Assembly (NCBI GenBank): GCA_049599475.1
Contig: JBMYOQ010000100.1
Span: forward strand, 1-13,242
DNA: 13,242 nucleotides
From: Opitutales bacterium
Lineage (GTDB): Bacteria > Verrucomicrobiota > Verrucomicrobiia > Opitutales > JABSRG01
Direction: 5' to 3'
A model generated the notes under the pieces. The model saw nothing but the letters and a program-made list of their open reading frames with translations. It had not been told where the DNA came from and ran no database searches. Both the position numbers and the translations under genes were made by a program. Shown piece after piece: positions 7,353 to 13,242 of this stretch. Each line of letters starts with the position of its first letter. The stretch's first letter is position 1.

Positions 7353-8471
7353 TTGTATAGACGCATTTTCAGCTTTGTTTCTTTTCTAGTCCTTGTTTGT
7401 GTCACAATCAAGGCCACGAGCTATGCACAGACGGGTGCTCGCATTAAGGACCTAACCTTCGTCGAAGGGAGTCGAGACAACCAATTGGTCGGATATGGTC
7501 TGGTCGTTGGTCTGTCTGGAACAGGTGATAGTTCATTAACTTACACGATCCAAAGTATTGCGAATACATTACAACGCTTCGGTATCACAGTCCCTGCTTC
7601 GGAGGTGCAGGCTGAAAATGTAGCGGCAGTTATGTTGACCGCAACGTTGGGGCCTTACTCACGCGAGGGTTCACAAATTGACGTGACGGTGTCTTCTCTT
7701 GGAGATGCAGATACGCTCCAGGGCGGTGTCCTGTTGCAAACACCTCTCTTGGGTGCGGATGAGCTCGTATATGCGGTTGCGCAAGGACCTGTCGCTGTCG
7801 GAGGCTTCCTTGGCGGCGGCGGCGGCGGCGGAGGCTCCACTGTCCAGCAGAATCATCCCACTGTCGGTATCTTAACGAATGGGGCTATTGTGGAACGCTC
7901 TGTGAATACGCAGCTAGTTTTTGATGGAAGCCTGAATTTGGTATTACGCAATGCAGATTTTACTTCGGCTGTCCGGATGGCGGATGCCATAAATTTGCAA
8001 TTCCCCGCATCATCTCAGGCGGTTGATTATGGGACTATTAATGTGGACATCCCTTCCGAGTATATTGGCCAGGAGGTGAACTTCTTGGCTGAGATTGGAG
8101 GTGTCATGGTGAAGCCGGATACAGTGGCACGTATTATTATCAATGAGCGCACGGGCACGATTGTAGCCACATCTGAAGTACGTATTTCGACGGTAGCAAT
8201 CAGCCACGGATCGCTCACGATTACCATCAGCAATGATACAAATGTCTCACAGCCGAATCCCTTGGCAAATGGCGAAACAGTTGAGTCCAATGTTCAGGCT
8301 ACCGCCGTGAATGAGGCTACTGGTGGGTTCCAAGTGCTCGAATCCTTCCCCACGATAGAAGACCTGACTCAGGCCCTTAATGCTCTCGGAGTAACGACAA
8401 GGGAAATGATTGCCATTCTCCAGAACCTTAAACGTGCCGGCGCTCTACAAGCTGAACTCATTTTAAACTAA
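7353..8471 (+). CDS. flgI: Flagellar P-ring protein FlgI
   Basis: 'RIKDL...G.RDNQLVGYGLVVGLSGTGD', 'GGVLLQTPL', 'INERTGTIV' and 'ILQNLKRAGALQAEL'. Confidence 0.97.
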   Translation: MYRRIFSFVSFLVLVCVTIKATSYAQTGARIKDLTFVEGSRDNQLVGYGLVVGLSGTGDSSLTYTIQSIANTLQRFGITVPASEVQAENVAAVMLTATLGPYSREGSQIDVTVSSLGDADTLQGGVLLQTPLLGADELVYAVAQGPVAVGGFLGGGGGGGGSTVQQNHPTVGILTNGAIVERSVNTQLVFDGSLNLVLRNADFTSAVRMADAINLQFPASSQAVDYGTINVDIPSEYIGQEVNFLAEIGGVMVKPDTVARIIINERTGTIVATSEVRISTVAISHGSLTITISNDTNVSQPNPLANGETVESNVQATAVNEATGGFQVLESFPTIEDLTQALNALGVTTREMIAILQNLKRAGALQAELILN

Positions 8472-8477
8472 TTTTCC

Positions 8478-8795
8478 ATGCAAGCTATCAATCCAGTTGG
8501 CCTGAATGCGGCAGAGTATCAGAAATTGACTTTCAATGCCTCGATGTCCGAGGAACAAAAAGTCGCGGAAGCTGCCAAACAATTTGAAGGTGTTATGTTA
8601 CGCCAATATCTAAAGGATGCGTTGAAGCCGATGGTTGAAACGGAACTCACGAAAAATTCTGCGAGCAGCGATATTTATCGCTCTTATCTTATAGATATTA
8701 TGGCGGGAAGTATGGCTGAGAGTGGCGCACTGGGCGTGTCGAGTACTTTACAGGCAGGAATCCAAGCGTCGAAACCCGAGCAATCCGAGAAATGA
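8478..8795 (+). CDS. flgJ: Single-domain (rod-binding only) FlgJ
   Basis: 'EAAKQFEGVMLRQYLKDA...SDIYRSYLIDIMAGSMA...LGVSSTL' rod-binding pattern. Follows flgI and has no muramidase domain. Confidence 0.85.
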   Translation: MQAINPVGLNAAEYQKLTFNASMSEEQKVAEAAKQFEGVMLRQYLKDALKPMVETELTKNSASSDIYRSYLIDIMAGSMAESGALGVSSTLQAGIQASKPEQSEK

Positions 8796-9325
8796 TTAGA
8801 AATTTAGATACACTCGATAGTGAGTCTCTCTGCGAAGAATTAGTGAATGTTTTGCGCGCAGAGCTCCAAGAATATGGAGGCCTACTGAACCTTCTGGATG
8901 ATCAGCAGGAGACGATTCTCAACCGCAAGAGCCAAGAGCTGATGCAGATCAATAAGCAGATCGAATTACAGGCAGATGCGAACCGTTTACTCAAGGAGTC
9001 TCGAGAGCGTATCGTCGAAAGATTGGTGTCGGACTGGGGGGCTACTCCCGGGTCTTCCCGTATTACTCAGTTGATACGCTTTTTCCCGGAGGCGATGCAA
9101 CCGATGGTGAAGTCGATCGCGGATGAAATTAATGATCTTATTCGCAAATCTCGCCGCCGCTTGGAGCAGAATCGATTATTACTGAAGCGCCTGTCCTCCA
9201 TCACAGAGGAGATGCTCAGCTTTATTAATCCAGACCTCGTTCCAAGCAAAACATACTCTCATAAAGGGTCGATGCAGGTGAAATCCCCTGTGAGGAGCCC
9301 AAGCTCCATGCAAATGACTGCCTAG
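8792..9325 (+). CDS. flgN: Flagellar export chaperone FlgN
   Basis: Helical protein 'LRAELQEYGGLLNLLDDQQETIL...LEQNRLLL...KTYSHKG'. Lies directly upstream of flgK, with an ATGA overlap with flgJ. Confidence 0.8.
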   Translation: MIRNLDTLDSESLCEELVNVLRAELQEYGGLLNLLDDQQETILNRKSQELMQINKQIELQADANRLLKESRERIVERLVSDWGATPGSSRITQLIRFFPEAMQPMVKSIADEINDLIRKSRRRLEQNRLLLKRLSSITEEMLSFINPDLVPSKTYSHKGSMQVKSPVRSPSSMQMTA

Positions 9326-9337
9326 TAATTTTTTCTG

Positions 9338-10744
9338 ATGGGTCTCTTAACCGGAATATATACACAGTCTCGAGCTCTGAGTTATCACTCAGGGTCGATT
9401 GATGTCGCGGGTAAAAACATCGCCAATGTGAATAACCCGGAATACGCGCGTCAGCGTATGAACGTGCAAGACCGTGGAAATATTGTAGTCGGTGATACCA
9501 TACAAAGTATGGGTATCGAAGCGGGTACGATAGAACAGTTCCGCGATGCATTGCTGGATGCGCAAATTCTTCGGGAAACCCCTCAAACTTCAATGGCCGA
9601 GGTGACTGCGGATCTTTATCGCCAGTTAGAAGGTTATTGGGGGGAGTCCATTAATCGCTCTGCAGATGGATCGACCTTGGACAGCGCTCAGGAAGTGTCT
9701 CCCTCTTCTCTAGGTCTGAATGAGCGCTTGGATGATTTCTTCAATGCAATGTCGGAATTGGCTGCAAACCCAAGTGAAACTGCGCTTAAAGAGGTCGTAA
9801 TTCAGCAGAGTCAGACGCTTGTTGATCAGATTAACGATATGGCGAGCAATCTCGCGGACTTTTCTACAAATATTGATCAGCAGATAGAGAATGAGCTCAC
9901 GGATGCGAATACAATACTCGCGCAAATCGCAGAGTTGAATGTGAGCATCGCGGATGTAGAGATGCGCTCACAGGATGGGGCTGCCGTAGATCTACGTGAT
10001 GCTCGTCAACAAAAGGTGGAAGAACTCTCAAAGCTCATGGATATTGAAGTATCCACGATTGCAGACTCGTTTGGGCAAATCCAAATTACCGCGAAAGATA
10101 GCGCGAATGCGGATGTGACTCTATTAACGCTTGGCAATGTTCAGGACACATTCTCTTTCGATGGGACCGATATCAATTTTGGGACCACAGCCATGGGATT
10201 GAGCGAGGGAGAGATTCAGGCGCATTTAGATTTTCGAAATGGACCATTGACCGAACTCCAGACGGATATTGATAACCTCGCGAGCCAGCTCGTGACTTCT
10301 GTCAATGCGGCCTATCCGGGAGACTACTTTGACGCTGCTGGAACGACAGCGGCGACACTATCTCTCGATGGAGCACTCAATGCATCTACTTTGGTCACCA
10401 CAACGACGGCTAATGCCGGAGCTAATGACGTTGCTCAAGCGATCTATGGATTGAAAAATAGTTCTTTCTCCACGGGTGGTGGTGACGACATCGATGGAAG
10501 CTTTAATGATTTTGTAGTTAATATTTCAGGTCGAATTGGACAGGATTCAAAAACCGCTGCGGAAACTTTGGAGAATCAAGAATACGTCCAATTAATGCTC
10601 GAAAATGAACGGGCAGCGCAAGGAGGTGTCGATCTCGACGAAGAGGCCGCGGATCTAATACGTTTTCAACGTGCGTATCAGGCGACTTCGCGAGTGATCA
10701 GTGTCATGGATGAGTTATTACAGCAACTTGTAAACGGATTCTAA
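9338..10744 (+). CDS. flgK: Hook-associated protein 1 FlgK
   Basis: 'AGKNIANVNNPEYARQR', 'FFNAMSELAANPS', 'DLRDARQQ' and 'GVDLDEEAADLIRFQRAYQATSRVISVMDELL'. Confidence 0.95.
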   Translation: MGLLTGIYTQSRALSYHSGSIDVAGKNIANVNNPEYARQRMNVQDRGNIVVGDTIQSMGIEAGTIEQFRDALLDAQILRETPQTSMAEVTADLYRQLEGYWGESINRSADGSTLDSAQEVSPSSLGLNERLDDFFNAMSELAANPSETALKEVVIQQSQTLVDQINDMASNLADFSTNIDQQIENELTDANTILAQIAELNVSIADVEMRSQDGAAVDLRDARQQKVEELSKLMDIEVSTIADSFGQIQITAKDSANADVTLLTLGNVQDTFSFDGTDINFGTTAMGLSEGEIQAHLDFRNGPLTELQTDIDNLASQLVTSVNAAYPGDYFDAAGTTAATLSLDGALNASTLVTTTTANAGANDVAQAIYGLKNSSFSTGGGDDIDGSFNDFVVNISGRIGQDSKTAAETLENQEYVQLMLENERAAQGGVDLDEEAADLIRFQRAYQATSRVISVMDELLQQLVNGF

Positions 10745-10756
10745 AAAGATTGAGAT

Positions 10757-11650
10757 ATGCGGATTCCTAATAGTGTCATTCATTCAAACCTCCTGGAGCA
10801 ATTACAGTCGTTGAGGACTAAGCAGGTGGAGCTGCAAGATCGCATTTCCACAGGTCAACTGATCTCGAGTGTTTCAGATGACCCTTCGGCCACGGAGCGT
10901 GTATTTCAGAATCAATCTGAAAAGCGCGATTTGACTCAATTTCGCAGGAATCAAGAACGTGTCCAAGAGGTGTCTCGTGCGAGTTTCGCTCAGGTCGAGC
11001 GGATGGAAGAGATCGCGGCGCGCGGGCAAGAGATCGCCTTGCTCGGTAGCTCGGTTCTGAGCGACGATTATTTTCTCCCTTACGCACGCGAAGTGGACGA
11101 GCTGATCGAAGAGCTGAGTGAACGTGCAAATTATAGCTATTTGGGCTCCTTCACCTTTGCCGGAACCGCCACCGATACGATGCCCTTCGACGTGACCCGC
11201 GACGTGAATGGAAGCGTCACCGCGGTGACCTATGTGGGCAATACGGATACTGCGGAGGTCAATATCAGTGAAAATTCGACAATCTCCGGCAATCTCGATC
11301 CTACCCGGAATGCCGATATGGAAGCCTTGTTTACTGATTTGATCGCGCTGCGTGATGCCCTGGACGCTAATGATGCGACGGTGGTTTCTGGCCTGGCTGA
11401 TGATTTTGTGACGCATGAGAACAACATGGTCGAGGCCTTAGGCATGCTCTCCGGTGTGGATGCCCGGATAGATAACGCCAAGCGTTTCGACGATTTCGCT
11501 TACCTGCGTGCCGATGAGCGCATTGCTAATGATGTAGATGCCGATCTTGCCTCGGCCATCACCGAATACACGCGTGCCGAGACTGCCTATGAGGCGGCAT
11601 TGGCAACGAGTTCAGACCTCCTGCAGCGTAGCCTCTTTGATTTTATTTAA
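10757..11650 (+). CDS. flgL: Hook-associated protein 3 FlgL
   Basis: 'MRI...LQDRISTGQLISSVSDDP', 'ANYSYLGSFTFAG' and 'DADLASAI...AYEAALA...SLFDFI'. Follows flgK. Confidence 0.93.
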   Translation: MRIPNSVIHSNLLEQLQSLRTKQVELQDRISTGQLISSVSDDPSATERVFQNQSEKRDLTQFRRNQERVQEVSRASFAQVERMEEIAARGQEIALLGSSVLSDDYFLPYAREVDELIEELSERANYSYLGSFTFAGTATDTMPFDVTRDVNGSVTAVTYVGNTDTAEVNISENSTISGNLDPTRNADMEALFTDLIALRDALDANDATVVSGLADDFVTHENNMVEALGMLSGVDARIDNAKRFDDFAYLRADERIANDVDADLASAITEYTRAETAYEAALATSSDLLQRSLFDFI

Positions 11651-11712
11651 ACCTTATTGAAATCTTTTTCTCAATATGTGGCGACTGCGGTCGATTTTGA
11701 TAACAGACTTTC

Positions 11713-12183
11713 ATGAAGTATGATACTGAAAACCCTGCTCTAGAGGCGCCTACACTGTCTCTCGGAAGCAATGAGTTCTATCTCCCGAACGGCTTGGTCG
11801 GCTTTCCAGAGATTAACAATGTAGATGTGATTTACGACGAGGCGGAGCTACCCTTTATGTGGCTGCGGTCAAACACCGAGACGGACTTGTCTTTCATCGT
11901 CATTCAGCCAAACGGGATTGTCGATGACTACCAGGTGGAGCTGATGCAAGGCGACGTAGACGAGCTCGAAATCAAAACATCCGAAGAGGTGCTGGTGCTC
12001 AATATTGTGATCATCAGGAATGAAGAGAGTGGTCGGAAAATCTTTACCAATCTAGTGGGTCCCATCATCGTGAACCGCAGAACTGGAATCGGTAAGCAAG
12101 TGATCATACAGAACTACGAAGACTATTCAGCGCGTCACTTGCTCTACGATGAGGCCGCGGACGATGGAGGGGAGGAAGCCTAA
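11713..12183 (+). CDS. fliW: Flagellar assembly factor FliW (CsrA antagonist)
   Basis: 'PNGLVGFPE', 'PFMWLRS...LSFIVIQP' and 'TNLVGPIIVNRRTGIGKQVI'. Its stop overlaps the csrA start (TAATG). Confidence 0.93.
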   Translation: MKYDTENPALEAPTLSLGSNEFYLPNGLVGFPEINNVDVIYDEAELPFMWLRSNTETDLSFIVIQPNGIVDDYQVELMQGDVDELEIKTSEEVLVLNIVIIRNEESGRKIFTNLVGPIIVNRRTGIGKQVIIQNYEDYSARHLLYDEAADDGGEEA

Positions 12184-12464
12184 TGTTAGTGCTCACCCGC
12201 AAGACCGACGAGGCCATCGTCATCGGTAATGATATTGAGATCATAGTAACCCGAGTCGACGGCGAAAACGTGAAGCTTGGGATCAAGGCTCCACGCGAAG
12301 TCACGATTTACCGCAAGGAAGTCCTAGACCAAATCCGCGAGAGTAATTTGGAGGCCGCGGTAGGCGCGAAAAAGCCCAAAAAGCAAGACGCCAAACCCGC
12401 AGCAAAGAAGCCCGCCAAAGCCATTTCCAAAAGCGCAAAGAATCTCTTGAAAAAGCTCGGTTGA
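12183..12464 (+). CDS. csrA: Carbon storage regulator CsrA, FliW-partner type, with a Lys/Ala/Pro-rich tail
   Basis: 'MLVLTRKTDEAIVIGNDIEIIV...VKLGIKAPREVTIYRKEV'. R44 and N55 are present. Confidence 0.96.
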   Translation: MLVLTRKTDEAIVIGNDIEIIVTRVDGENVKLGIKAPREVTIYRKEVLDQIRESNLEAAVGAKKPKKQDAKPAAKKPAKAISKSAKNLLKKLG

Positions 12465-12471
12465 GGTTTTT

Positions 12472-12506
12472 TGAAGGATGAAGGTTGAGGGATGAGGGAT
12501 GAAAGC
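12472..12506 (+). repeat. Imperfect heptamer tandem repeat, five units
   Basis: TGAAGGA TGAAGGT TGAGGGA TGAGGGA TGAAAGC, starting 8 bp after the csrA stop. Confidence 0.8.
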
Positions 12507-12536
12507 GTAATCGCTGGATAGCTTTTGCGTTTGCGA

Positions 12537-12571
12537 TTTAGGCTGGCTCAGCCGCTTGGAAATCGGCTACC
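12537..12571 (-). repeat. REP-like element, left copy of the 32-bp direct repeat flanking the RAYT gene
   Basis: TTTAGGCTGGCTCAGCCGCTTGGAAATCGGCT(ACC). The minus strand reads GGTAG-CCG-ATTTCCAAG-CGG-CTG, a GTAG foot plus hairpin. Confidence 0.85.
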
Positions 12572-12612
12572 TGTGAGGTGGGCTAAGGTGTGAGTGTGCA
12601 TGTTTTGTTTCT

Positions 12613-12638
12613 GGTAGCCGCGGCTCTCCGAGCCGTGG
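12613..12638 (+). repeat. GTAG-family REP palindrome
   Basis: G-GTAG-CCGCGGCTC-TCC-GAGCCGTGG: GTAG tetranucleotide followed by a 9-bp stem (one G-T pair) and a 3-nt loop. Confidence 0.85.
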
Positions 12639-12723
12639 TACGGCAGTGGATGAGTTGTGCAAGTTTGGGAAATGCGAAGTTTTAAGCAAACGGGTGAATT
12701 TGCTACGTATCTGTGTGTTGGAT

Positions 12724-13167
12724 ATGGGATTCGATCAGCGAAAGCGTCTAAGCCATAGGGTGCCTTCATGGGTACCTGATACTCCGGTGTTCTTTATTAC
12801 CATTAATTGTAGCCCAAGGGGGGTGAATCAATTGGCAGACTCCGGTGTATTTGGTTCAATTGTAGGGGCGTTAGAAACATACAAAAGTCAGTCTAAGTGC
12901 TTTACTCACTTGCTCCTGGTGATGCCGGACCATCTGCATGTTTTGCTTAGCGTGAATTTGCAGAGATGTACGCTTGGCCAACTGATTGGTTCGACCAAGC
13001 GTTATTTAGCTAATCATAGAAATATAAAGTGGCAGAAAAATTTCTTCGATCATCGTATTCGTAGCGACGGGGAATTTGAAGAGAAGGCACATTATGTGTT
13101 GATGAATCCTGTTCGGGCAGGGTTGGTCGATGCTGTCGAGGAGTGGCCTTATTGGTCGAGAGTTTAG
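12724..13167 (+). CDS. rayT: REP-associated tyrosine transposase (RAYT / TnpA-REP, Y1 HUH family)
   Basis: 'FFITIN', HUH motif 'VMPDHLH', 'WQKNFFDHRIR', catalytic Tyr in 'HYVLMNPVRAGLV' and 'EEWPYWS'. Flanked by REPs. Likely start is ATG 12724 (147 aa) rather than 12646. Confidence 0.9.
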   Translation: MGFDQRKRLSHRVPSWVPDTPVFFITINCSPRGVNQLADSGVFGSIVGALETYKSQSKCFTHLLLVMPDHLHVLLSVNLQRCTLGQLIGSTKRYLANHRNIKWQKNFFDHRIRSDGEFEEKAHYVLMNPVRAGLVDAVEEWPYWSRV

Positions 13168-13194
13168 GCTGGCTCAGCCGCTTGGAAATCGGCT
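13163..13194 (-). repeat. REP-like element, right copy of the 32-bp direct repeat
   Basis: Identical to 12537-12568. Contains the RAYT stop codon TAG (13165-13167). The foot reads GCAG rather than GTAG on the minus strand. Confidence 0.85.
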
Positions 13195-13242
13195 GCTTGT
13201 AGGATATACCCCTATGAGAAATCAGCTTTTTGAGCCCTTGCG

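Noticed and set aside
7812..7835. (GGC)6-GGA-GGC poly-Gly tract in flgI as a phase-variation site
   Set aside because: It is an in-frame trinucleotide repeat in a loop that is normally Gly-rich in FlgI, so slippage would not switch expression.
10874..11416. 180-aa antisense ORF within flgL, and other minus-strand ORFs inside int and the flagellar genes
   Set aside because: Shadow ORFs opposite well-supported genes, with no motifs; explained by codon bias.
10990..11640. Apparent modest GC increase in the 3' two-thirds of flgL, suggesting a recombination patch
   Set aside because: The shift is small on hand counts of a few lines and within gene-level noise; it cannot be supported without comparative alignment.
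12472..13200. Repeats near the right end as a CRISPR array
   Set aside because: Only two 32-bp copies, separated by a whole gene, with no regular spacers and no cas genes; REP/RAYT explains them.

Overview
Bacterial chromosomal window with three parts. (1) About 1-3985 is the right end of a tRNA-targeted integrative element. It carries AT-richer cargo (a membrane protein with a bacterial PH-like domain and a DUF4034-like lipoprotein), a repeat-rich intergenic region, an AlpA-type excisionase and a tyrosine integrase. The integrase reading frame runs through the attachment region and stops inside the opposite-strand tRNA-Arg(TCT) gene (3936-4012). (2) 4242-12464 is a compact flagellar operon, flgF-flgG-flgA-flgH-flgI-flgJ-flgN-flgK-flgL-fliW-csrA, behind a near-consensus sigma-54 promoter. 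(3) 12472-13200 holds a GGA-rich heptamer repeat and a REP-associated tyrosine transposase (RAYT) bracketed by a 32-bp perfect direct repeat, plus a GTAG-type REP. Gene order and protein style suggest a PVC-group host such as Verrucomicrobiota; this is inference only. The most interesting points are the att-spanning integrase whose stop codon comes from the host tRNA, the direct-repeat-bounded RAYT module, and a cluster of CsrA-type GGA motifs directly downstream of csrA. No database searches were run, so family calls rest on motif recognition.
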